Part shown: piece after piece, positions 52,301 through 63,524 of the stretch
Layout of the letters: each line of letters begins with the position of its first letter
Numbering within the stretch: position 1 is the stretch's first letter
DNA from: Nemertoderma westbladi
Lineage: Eukaryota; Animalia; Xenacoelomorpha
DNA: 64,000 bases
Assembly: GCA_032718475.1 (NCBI GenBank)
Contig: JAUCBJ010000187.1
Location: 1-64,000 of the forward strand
Direction of reading: 5' to 3'
The notes under the pieces: model-generated
The model's database searches: none
Told to the model about the DNA's origin: nothing
Seen by the model: only the letters and a program-made list of their open reading frames with translations
Translations under genes and position numbers: made by a program

Positions 52301-55300
52301 AGAATATCAGCGAGAAGAGAGGGGCGGATTCTTGAAGTTGGAAGACGTCTACTTACTGATATTCAGAGAGGCAGTAGTCGAGACGCGTTCGAACTACACG
52401 GACCAACATATTGTGGTGGAAGGAATAACCTTACCATCCTCCAACAGACAAAAACCACCGATGACATCCACAAAGACGGTTACCTACGCAACATCGACCG
52501 ACACCCGACAATTTTCGGACAGTAATAAGGTATCCGCACCAATTGGAACCAAACAGATCCGACAGCAACTGAGCACAGACTTTAGCGGTTGCCAATATTG
52601 CGAACGGCTAGGTAAACGACATACTAGCCATAAACTGAGAGGTTGTCGACTATTCCGCGAATTGAACTCGGAGGAACGACGACTGCAAATACGGCCATTG
52701 GACTCTTGTTGGCGGTGTACGCTACATGGACATGTCCGTAAAGACTGCCCAAATACAGACACCTGTCCTTCCTGTGGACGCAACCATGACGGTTTGCTCC
52801 ACACAGACAGTCATACGCCGACCAAACGCTTCACCAGGGAACACCCGGAAGCGGCAGCAAGATGCAACACAGCATATAAGGGTCGAGAGTCAAAAACAAC
52901 ACCGACTTTCGTGACACACATTAGAGATTGCTTCTCGGAACAATCAGGATCGTCGGATGAAGAGTCGGAAGACGAAGACGTTTACTTTGATACTGGAGAC
53001 GAACAACCATTGATTGCACTTCTGACGCCTGATCAACTAAAGGGGTTTAGTATAATTCCTGTCAAGATTACTGGCACCAAAGGGAGCAAAAGGATCTACG
53101 CTATCCTGGATTCAGCCTCATCTCATAGCTACGTGGATGAGAAAGTAGCTGATGTTGTGACGGATCTCCGACAAGGTAAGAACGTCAGTTACACCGTAAG
53201 TAGTATGCATGGACAACGTGCAATACCAGTGACACGAGTTAAGTTGAACTTAGACACTCTTCTTCCGAAATCGCAACATAGTGAAAAGGAGAGGTCTTTG
53301 TTACCCTTTAAAGATTTAACTTTTGCGGCCACAAAGGACTTTAGTAACCTACTAGGTCCTGTCCCAGAACAATCCTTGGAGGACCGTAAGTACTTCAGAC
53401 ACCTTGGTGTACCTGAATGTCCTGTCAACTATAGGTCGGTAGCAATGCTGATCGGGACAGATCAATTCAACCTACATCAAGTGTGGGAAACCAGACCATC
53501 GGGAGTCGTAGCGGGAAACGCATACGCCTGTAGAACGCCGATAGGGTGGTATACTCGAGCGCCTGTGCGCACACTGGATATAAGTGACGAGGAAGACGAT
53601 ATACAAAGTACATGTAGTTTATTAACTACAACTTCGACTCATTCCTTTTCACAAGACGTAGACTATACTACACTACATTCGACAAAACATGACACGACGT
53701 GTGTAGCGAGTATGATAAGTCACAAGGAGCAGCTAATCCACCAGGTGAGTTTAGAACTTGGGAAGAAGACGAGTCAGCCAGAGATTCCCTCGACGACAGA
53801 TGATAACGCCGGAAGGCTTGCGAGTCTACCTCAACCAATAACCTCAACAATGCCCGTCGATATCGATGACGACGCGTTAAGAAATCATCAAGTGGAACAA
53901 GCTGCACTGGACAAAGAATTAACGGAGAAGACTATCAGGTGGTTAGAACAAGATACAGCCGAACCTGGTAGCTACGAACCATGTATGTCGGAACAAGAGA
54001 AACAATCTTTGAAGATCATGGAAGATACTATCCGCCAGACGAAAGACGGACATTATGAGGTAGGGATGCTATGGCGTAACCAACGTCCTAAACTCATAAA
54101 TAACTATCCGCTAGCCTTAAGACGTTTACACTCAATACGACAACGTCTATTAAAGGACGAGAAAGCCCATCTGCAGTATAATACTCAGATGGAGACGTAT
54201 TTAACGAAGGGATACGCTATCAGAATGACTAACCCAGAGATTGTGACTGACCAGACATACTACTTGCCACATCACTTCGTGAGACACCCCGACAAACCAG
54301 ACAAAGTACGTGTAGTCAATGACTGTGCGGCTCTGTTTGAGGGAATGTCCCTCAATAGCGAGTTGATGGATGGACCAAACATGAATAATTATCTTATGGG
54401 GGTGATTATGCGCTTCCGTCAGCGTCAAGTAGCCTTTACTTGTGACGTCGAAGCTATGTTTCACCAAGTGCGAGCGTTAGAGCGAGACAGAGACAGTTTG
54501 AGGTTCCTCTGGAACCCGGAAGGAGACTTAAGTCTACCACCGGCGACTTACCAAATGCAAGTACGCGTTTTCGGTGCCAGGGACAGCCCAAACTGTACGA
54601 TGTACACCCTAAAGCAAGCCGCTAGGGATCAGAAACATATATATGACCCAGAGATAATCAAGATCGTAGAACGTGACTTTTACGTAGACGACGGGTTACA
54701 GAGTTGTGACACAGTAGAACGTGCTATAACAGTAGCACATCAATTACGGGACTGCTTAGCGGGCGGAGGTTTTAACCTCACCAAATTCGCCTCAAACAGT
54801 GCCGAATTGGTAGACTCATTCGGAACGACTGAGCGTGGAGGTGGTGACATTGACCTAGAGTTCGAACCACTACCGACGACCAAGGTGTTGGGGCTCTTTT
54901 GGGACCCAAACACGGACAACTTTCGAGTGAAGGTGAGACTGGACACTCAAGAAAACACTCTGACAAAGAGATCCTGCTTGTCAAAATTGAGTCGATTGTT
55001 CGATCCATTAGGTTTCATCAGTCCAATAATACTGCAAGCCAGAATTTATATGCGCAGTATTTGGAAGGATGGACTGACATGGGACGAGCCGATCTCATCA
55101 GAACAAGTGGACTTATGGAAAACCTGGGAGGCAGAATTATCTTCACTAGAGGATTATTCCATACCCAGAGTGTACTTTCCATTACAAACGACATTTCCTG
55201 ACAATTTGGAATTACATTGTTTTTCCGACGCCAGTGACAACGGCTTTGGTGTGGCAGCGTATTTACGCAGACAAGTAGACTCAGACGAGTTTGATGTTTC

Positions 55301-58300
55301 GCTCATTACTTCTAAGGCTAAGACCATGCCTACTAAGTATATGACGACGCCACGCGCTGAGCTACAAGCCGCAACCCTGTCAACCACAATCGTGAACCTT
55401 ATACAGACGGAACTACAGTCAAGTTTACAGATATTTTATTGGACTGACGCGACGTTGGTTTTATTTTACATAAACAACGACACACTTGAATTCAAGACAT
55501 TCGTAGCTAACCGTCGCGCAGAAATTCTAGACCATTCAATAAAGGAAGATTGGCGACATTGTCCCAGACCACAAAACCCAGCCGATATTGCGTCACGAGG
55601 AATGATGCCCGAGGAATTCTGTAAACCGGAGAACAAAGAATTTTGGCAGCACGGACCACAATTCTTGCAAAGATCAACACTACATTGGCCGCCACTATAT
55701 GACAACAAGTCTAACACTATCCCTAAAGACGCCGAAATTAAAAAACCAAAGAAAGGGAAAGCAAAGAAAAGGACGGCAGCTAAACTTAAGAAAAAACCGA
55801 AGGCGAAATGGAAAGATATAACTTCAAAGGTCAAGAACGGAAGACTTGCGAGCCTTTCTACACCAGACATATCGCCAGACGATCAACCAGACACGTTACC
55901 AGACGTATCGCCAGACGCGTTACTAGACGGTCAACCAGACGTTTTGCCAGACATGTCACTAGATATTTCGCCGGATGTTCCGCGAAACATTTTACCAGAC
56001 ATGTCACAAAATGTTCTACCAGACACTAGTAACATATTGACAAATAGTAAAGCCGCAGTTTCTCTATTGGAGCGGCCTTGTATTGACAAACTACCAAATT
56101 TGACACACTTGAGTAACCATAAGCACAGTGAAACCTCATGTATTACAGATGTGGGTAGTACCTACGCTAATGTAAATACAGGTGTTACTTTGCGCTCAAG
56201 AGACATACCAAACTTGCAACCTATGGCGAGACCTGGGATTAATATCGGCAGAAAAATAAGTTTACCGAAACCCACTGACCCCATAGATTTCAAACCACCA
56301 TTAACGATTGACTTACAAAGTACTGACAATCAAGGTAAGAAAACAAAGAAGGACAAATTACTTGTAGACCCGGACGGATTAACAGTCAACAAGGGAATAC
56401 CTACCGGCGGACCCGTGGGCCCTTCTAGTAAATCAAAACCTTCCAAATTCTCCATTGACTTACCTGATGACGTCACAAATACTTACGTCGACCGTACCTA
56501 AAGAGGTGAGGTCTCTATAGGGGTGCGGTCAACAGGCGGCGGCAGACTCGTGAGGGTCTGGGGGCACGTTAAATCCGTAATATAGTGTTGGGGAGTCACT
56601 GAAGGCCCTCGTGTCTAACAAACCATGAATTGCCATGGTGCCGTGGTACCGTCTAGTCGGCCTGTTGCCGTACTGCCAATCCTGTACACAGTAGGGGTGG
56701 TGGCATGGCGTGATTTGTGGCTCATGTGGCGTGGACTATGTTTTGTATGTGGGCGATCAGTGGCAGTTTGCTTGGGGCTTGGATGGTTCCATTGACCGTC
56801 AGCTGTTCCGTTTTTTTGATACTATATGTTATTGTCTCCATGTTCAGCTGATTTGGTCTTTGGTGGCATTGGAATAAACCGTCGGGTCTTGAGTTTTCTG
56901 TTGCTGTGGGTATGTGAGTACACGTGATTGTATGTGTGGCCACTGCGAGTGGGTATGGGAACCCTTGCCAGTTGGTCCAGACGCCGCTGGTATTAGTAGG
57001 ACCATACTTTACTGCGCCCCAGCATACTTTGTGCACACAAAGTTATTTTGCCCTGACGGCAAAATAAGGTACTCTCGATTTTCCGGTCGTCGATACAATT
57101 TTGTCCCCTCCGATTTTGTCTTTCCCGATTTTGACCCCGATTTTGTCTTACCCGATTATGTCATCTGTGTGTGCATGGTATGTGTCAGATTTGTGTTTAC
57201 CGTAGTGTACTTGATTTCGTGAACATCTGTTGAGTACACGTGTACAGGACGGGTAAGTGGTTACTTGTTCCTAGCTTTCGAGCTAGTCAATATTGTTTGT
57301 GGAACTTACTTCCCCTCAATATTGCCGGCGAGGCAGGTGAAAACGTGTCAATATTCCATGTTGGGTAGCGCAAGCCCGCTTGGGACAAGACCGTCGGTTA
57401 GGCCCAAGGGCGACCTTGGTGCTCGATCGCTATCGACTGGTCCACCTGCCGGTTGACTCTTTGTTATACTTTGAGTTGGCTCAATGTACAGTCAGGCCAC
57501 AGTAAGTTGACAGTAGCCGCCCATCTGGCTACACGTTCGACGAGCTGTGCTGGTGTGATCGGGGGACCGAAAACAGAACCCGGGAAGCATCAGGCCACCC
57601 TCCGGCCCGGTCTGATAATAACATCTGTCGGACTGGCCCCAGGGGTGGTGGAAACACGTCCGCCTCGTGGGTGCGCCTCGGGGAGGAGCCCAGAAGGACG
57701 AAAGCGATTGTAAACCTAACAGACTCTTGGACAAACGCTTGCCGAAAATTAGCGTGGATTGTACGTTTTGTACAATACGTTAAAGGCAAACGCGACTTTA
57801 CACGTCGACTTACATTGACTGAGATTGACAGGTGTGAAATTAAATTAATTCGCCATTACCAACTGCGATATTTCGCACGCGAATTCACATCTATAAATCA
57901 AGGTCAACCAATCAAGTCGTCACCAATATTGAGTTGGAGTCCGATAATTTATAATGGCTTAATTTGTCATAAATCTCGGCTTCAAAACATTGACTTTAAC
58001 ACAAACTTTAGATACCCAATAATAATACCGCAGCATCACGAATTACAACGTGCAATGATACTGGACGCACATTTACATCTGAAACATGCTGGAAGACACC
58101 ACTGTCTTTCCTACTTACGTACAAGATTTGTATTAATTAGACCCAGTAAAGCGTTAAGTTCAGTGACACGTACGTGTATTATTTGTAAAAAGGTACACTC
58201 TAGAATAGGTACTCAAGAAATGAGTGAACTTCCACAAGCACGACTTCAAGCATTCAGACCACCTTTTACAGAGACTGGAATTGATTGCTTTGGTCCCATA

Positions 58301-59105
58301 CATACGAAACGTGGACGTATACTAGTAAAACGCTGGGGACTGATTTTCACATGTATGTCCAGTAGGGCAGTTCATATTGAACGTGTGATGGATCTTTCCA
58401 CCAACGCGTTTATACTAGCATTGCGGCGATTTATCGCTAGACGCGGACTAGTGAAATGCTTGTACTCAGACCAAGGGACAAACTTTGTTGGTGCCCGAAA
58501 TGAAATTGCTAGAGCCTTTAAGAAATTAGATCATGATCAAATCTCAAACGAACTACGTCCTTACAAGATTGTTTGGAAGTTTAATCCTCCAGATAGTCCA
58601 TGGAGAGGCGGAGTCTGGGAGAGATTGATTAGATCTATAAAAACAGCCATGGCAAAAGTAATTCCAGTAAACCACATTTTGACAGACGACCAACCGACAA
58701 CACTGTTTGTTGAAATCGAGGCAATACTAAATACTAGACCAATAGTATTAGTACCCGATGACAAACAATCCCAGTTTGCTTTGACACCGGCACACCTGCT
58801 TATGCAGGCACCGACTACTTTGACGCCTATTTCTTTTCCAATGGAAGGCGATAGCTACGGTAGAAAAGCGTGGAAAATCACGCAACTACTAGCTAACAAA
58901 TTCTGGGAAATATGGCAAAACCATTATTTGCCCTCTATTTCTGCCAGAACAACATGGTACAATAACACCCGCGCATTAACGTACTGTGACGGTACGGACA
59001 ATTGACGGTCGTACAGTAGACAGACCGACTCAACGTCTCGTACTTCTTGAAGAGACTCGAAACGAGTCTGGAGACTACAAATCTCCAACAAATGTTAGTA
59101 AATAA
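49341..59105 (+). pseudogene. gag-pol of BEL element B; gag disrupted, pol open over 52248-56495 + 57707-59005 once the intron is removed
   Basis: PPKFSGNSKHW; CCHC knuckles; PR ILDSASSHS; RT DFYVDD; RH LHCFSDAS; IN GIDCFGP, SDQGTNF, PWRGGVWERL; small deletion near 58980. Confidence 0.94.
56496..57706 (+). ncRNA. Group I self-splicing intron (subgroup ID-like), 1211 nt, in BEL pol
   Basis: 5' exon GACCGU pairs with IGS GCGGUC (56525-56530), U.G at the splice site. P3 GGCAGGUG(57332-39)/CACCUGCC(57443-50). P4 CG(U)GUC/GACCG. P7 U(C)GACUG(57433-39)/CAGUCA(57489-94). P8 57451-57481. J8/7 CAAUGUA. Terminal G57706. Excision gives ...YVDR|IVNLT, matching A's YFDRIVNLT. Confidence 0.88.
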
Positions 59106-59159
59106 TTAGGAGTTTACAAATAGATTTCCACGTACCTGTACACTGTAGTAAGGACAGCG

Positions 59160-59255
59160 GTAGAATTCCATTGTCTTTATATGTGAACATTGAGGGTAGT
59201 ACCCTTATGTGTCACATAGGAGCGGGATTTGTAGGTATAAGAAATGGAATTCTAC
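59160..59255 (+). other. Conserved structured RNA element downstream of pol (A copy at ~11644-11740, minus strand)
   Basis: 13-bp closing stem with a compensatory change between A and B; three inner hairpins; internal GGAGCGG. Confidence 0.65.
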
Positions 59256-59530
59256 TTGGAACTCACAATATTGAGACATTTTCGAAATTTTAGACAATCC
59301 ATTTGGATTTGAAAAATTTTTAAAATTTTCTCCAGTGAATAGATTTCAGGGTACAGTCGGGTGGAACTTAAAATTAGAGAAACAAGAGAGGAAGACTTGC
59401 GAGCCTTTCTTAAAAATTTTAATTAAATTTTACACGGTCTTGTTTCAATAAGTTACGTCAAAATAGACTTCCCTATATTTATTACTAATTCTTGACTGCT
59501 TATTTTCTGATAATAGTTTGGGATCAAAAG

Positions 59531-59735
59531 GTGAGTATTTTAGACTCACAGCCAGTTTAGCCCAAATTCGTTTTTATTTCGGCAAAAAATTTTAGATAAG
59601 AAGCAGCGTGTCATTAAAGAAACCCTAGATCTTAGGCTCTGGGTAGGAGGTTAGAGCGTTGTCGAGCCAAAAGGGCAGACGAAAACTCTCACGTCTCCTC
59701 ACAACTAACTACAAACTCTGTTGTATTCCCTCTAG
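59531..59735 (+). other. Putative spliceosomal intron in the ORF2 leader (A copy 11153-11352, minus strand)
   Basis: AAAAG|GTGAGTATTTTAGACTC donor, CTAAC branch point and pyrimidine tract-CTAG acceptor conserved in both families. Confidence 0.6.
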
Positions 59736-59766
59736 TAGTAATGATTATGTAACTACACCTCTAATT

Positions 59767-61621
59767 ATGGAGAAGGAGATACATGGAGAGCCGAGATGGG
59801 GATATGATATCCAAGAGGAAGCAGCAGCGCCATTCGAGAGATTTGGAGCCAAAGACTACACTATATTTGGTATAAAGGAATTATCAGAAAGTACTGCGAA
59901 ACTCGCGAGAACTAAATATGACTCGAATGTATTAAAGAGAAGGCAAAACGCATTAAATGAAAGAATCGAAAGTTTGCGCAAAACCTTCAATGAACTTTAC
60001 CCGTACGACGCTTTGTGTGATACGGGAGACATTAGCGAAGACCCCGATACTGAAATTAGTCGTTTGTATCATACCATGCAATACCTAAAGACGCACGAAC
60101 CTATGCCTGCGGTACGCGATGAATTCGATGGAATGCACCTTTACAGACGAACTCGAGGGGACGATAGAGAAACCAAGGAAGCATTTTCAGTTTATAAACT
60201 TTATTATCAATGCGGTTCTTGTATGCGCGAACAACGAAATGCGATTCCAATGCGTTTGAATAAGGAAAATCCCGAACCGATATTGGCGAGGTGTTCGAAC
60301 CATCAACAACTACGCTACCAGGAAGGAGGGTATCCTTTATCAAATCCATATCATTTGTTTGCTATGACTGGACCAAAGGCGGGAGAAACTGTCGTTTACC
60401 CACCTAAGGTTGTTGAACCCGATGCATTTGAACTTACGCTGGACGAGGCGAATCAGTCAACCCGCGAAAAGAAAGAAGCTCTTAGCCTATACAGAGCCTA
60501 CAAGGCTTTCGAGAAAGGTGAGATGGAAGAATGGGGCGGAAGACTCGCGAGCCTACCTTACCATTGGACGTCACACGATCAAACTCCAGCTAAGGAGATG
60601 ACACCGGAAGTTTTCGAGAGCATAAACTTTGCTCAAAACGTTATTCAGAGACTACAGATTGCATCCCCGGAGAGGACAAGAGAAATGCAACCATATAGTA
60701 CTTCGACTACGAAACCATTGAGTACGACACTCAATTTTCCTATTAGTATACCAGTCCGACAGGATACGACGTACGAAATACCCATCGTGGATCATCCAGA
60801 AATCATTTCAAACTTGGAGTTCCTTCCTGCAGTTGTTTTTAGCGATATGAGTAAGATATATGATTTACGTAGACATATTACTCAAAAGGTCATGTATAAC
60901 GTTCCACCTCATATTCAAGACTTTAGGGAACTGGATAGAGCTGGTGCTGATATAGCTCCGAGTAATTTGAAAGGATATTTAACCAGAACGATTCGTTTAT
61001 GGATTGGAACTGGAACCTTCGAGTCGGATACAGATATTGCCGCGGATTGGCGAGGTAAGGTTATTCGTTTCGAAGATGATAAGGACATAGAGAAGATTTG
61101 GCAACCTTCGGAAGAATTGTTGGACGAATGGAATAGAACGTTTAGATCATTTTACGATAACGAGGGCGGCAGTCATCAACAGAGTTTGACTTCTAAGACT
61201 ATACAAATTAGAGCGGCGGACGGAGTCTTGCACGTTTTCAGTAGACAGAGGAGCGACAAACGAATGCCGATACCTCCAGCAAATACAAAGTGACACCATC
61301 TCATCACTGACATAGTAAAGAAGATGGACCAAGCTTGTAATATCGATGCTAGAATGCTACCGAAGATGGTAAGAAATATGATTTTAGATAAAACTGTCGT
61401 AAAGATTGGATCAGGAGTAAGAGAGGACTTAATTAGCGACTTTGCCGGCATGACGGACAGCGATGACCGACTACCGACACCGTACGTCGACACTCGACCT
61501 CTTATTTTGTGGTCTATAGAACAGGGATATTTTCGTGAGTATAATACTCAGAAGACTGGAACTGGATACATTTCCTACCTGTTATTCAATTGGGATTATA
61601 AGGAAAGTAAGAGAGCTGATG
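59767..61621 (+). CDS. Extra 3' ORF (ORF2) of element B: Cys/His N-terminal domain plus C-terminal DEDD 3'-5' exonuclease-like domain; one in-frame stop (61291-61293), truncated by B'
   Basis: ORFs 59659-61293 and 61324-61635 are in the same frame. TIQI...LHVF, LPKMVRNMILDKTVVKIGSGVREDL and YVDTRPL resemble WRN-exo/EXD/mut-7 motifs (by eye). Confidence 0.6.
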
Positions 61622-63524
61622 CGAAGAGACAGTAACAATACCTGCAATATCTTACTGTAAAGTTTGTGAATCAAATCATAAATCCGACCTTCTCACCAAA
61701 ACAGTAAACTCCAAGTAAGCGAAAATATTGCAGTATTGGTCCCTTATAACCGGTGAGGCAGAAAACAGTCTACGAGCAGACAAACTTCGATAAAACAAAA
61801 TCCCGCGCAGCGAATCCTAAAATCAGGCTGACTCACTGACGGACTAAGGGGCTCGTATACTTTGCCGCGGTGTGATTTATATGGTTGGGCGAAAGAGACG
61901 CTAGCTAGGTGCAGAGATTTGGAGATGTCTAACTAGCGGGCAAAGCGCAGTACGGACAAAAGTTAATTTTATATATTTTGAGGTGTAAATAATTTCTAAC
62001 TCGCGTGTGTTAATTCTGAACCGTCAAAATCAGTTTTGCTCCTTCATATATATAATTACTGGGTACGGTGTGCATTTTACAAATATTCTAATTTTGTAAC
62101 TTGTAGGTCCAATACTCACGAATAATAAGGTTCCTTCCCCTCTTGCGTATTTCCAGGACTCAAATTCAGGCATAAGATTAATGCTACGCCCAGAATTCGG
62201 CAATTTTTTAATTTACCAGGTCCCTAATACTAAGAAGAAATGTGTTAGTTTACTACTGTAGGCGTACGGTTACAAATAGCTAGCCTGGCGTCCTATCTAG
62301 AATTTTAGTCACCTAGGTAGGCTGGGTAACTTCCTATCAGGACGTTGGCGGGGACACGGTAGATGTTAGTATATCCCTAATAGCCCCAATTTATTTGCGC
62401 CTAGTCGTAAACTGCCCTACCGCCTGAACGGTACAATCCTAATTCAGGTGAAACACAGTAACCCTCCTAGCCTACAAGTTCTAACGCAATGGACACCGTT
62501 GTACTACAAATAGTCGCAGACGCACCTGTACTTAGCAAGAGTTAGGCGTACAGTTTGCTGCACCCTACCAATGTGTATGCTTCGTACCAGTGTGCCTACG
62601 TCCTATCTGCGTACTAGTATCTCTGCCTGCTCTCTCCCCCCGTAGGAATATGAAGGTCTACTGCGGTTTTTTCCTGAATTAAAACAGTACAGTCCCTAAG
62701 ATGTAATTTTAGGCGTACAGCGTGTCACTACCTCTACCTTTGATCTTTGGTCTTACGCTTAGGTAGCAAGGCATCGAACGCTGTCTAACCTTTCAGGCGA
62801 TGGGCGAATAACTAAGATGATATTGCAGGTTGTCTCCTGTCTACATTCCCTTGATGTTCCCGTTCATTGCTGCGGCCCGAAGTCTAGCCAGCCATCCTGT
62901 CCCTTAGTTGAGTTCACCGTGGTGAAGCATGATAAAACAGATAGAAAAGGACAGATGTGACAAGTATTTCTAACTTTTATTACAAAATCAAACAATAACT
63001 ATTATACAATAAACGATGTAATCTGAAATAATAATCTGTGTAAGAATGAAGATGTGTAAGAAAGATAGATTGATAACTAATGAACGAAATCGCACCTTTT
63101 ATACCAAATTTGTGCCGCAATCAATCGAGAAAATTCTCGATTGTTCTATAGGTTCTAACAGGTTTTTAAAGATAGCTATTGGTCCAGCTAATATATAACT
63201 TGCACGACATTGGTTACAATCAAATAACTACAGTCTCATTGGTTAATCTAGGTACAGACAAATGCAATTTAATTTGTAGCGGTCAATTTAAATGAGTTGA
63301 ACTTCTGCACAAAAAATAATTCGCACCTACTAGGATTCGAACTCAATACCTACTACATATATAATTTCCAACGCTCTACCGACTGAGCTACTGAACCACT
63401 TGACTAAACATCGTACAATAGATATAACAAATACAATGAGGACTTAATGTAATCTTTAACAAAGTTAATTCGAATAAAATAAAAATTTTGAAAATCCACG
63501 GCATTTAGGGAATATAATTCTATA
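61622..63524 (-). repeat. 3' LTR of a second family-B copy (B') in opposite orientation; tRNA-like cassette at 63311-63397
   Basis: Reverse complement of 46622-48525; adjacent to CCGCTCCATGAAAACAG (63525-), the same PPT junction as in element A at 9653. Confidence 0.92.

Larger units (their letters stand above)
46622..61621 (+). mobile_element. BEL/Pao LTR retrotransposon, family B (relative of A), inserted in C and itself interrupted by B'
   Basis: 5' LTR 46622-48525; gag-pol collinear with A; ORF2 cut at 61621 by an inverted LTR of the same family. Confidence 0.95.

Noticed and set aside
56496-57706. Insert as a SINE/LINE, DNA transposon, group II or spliceosomal intron
   Set aside because: No TSD, poly-A tail or TIRs; the ends are AC...CG rather than GT...AG or GTGYG...AY; group I pairings explain both boundaries.
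46622-63524. 1.9-kb inverted repeats flanking element B, suggesting a DIRS-like or novel ITR retroelement
   Set aside because: The right copy abuts a PPT and 3' UTR on its outer side and truncates ORF2, so it is the 3' LTR of a second, inverted copy. No tyrosine recombinase is present.
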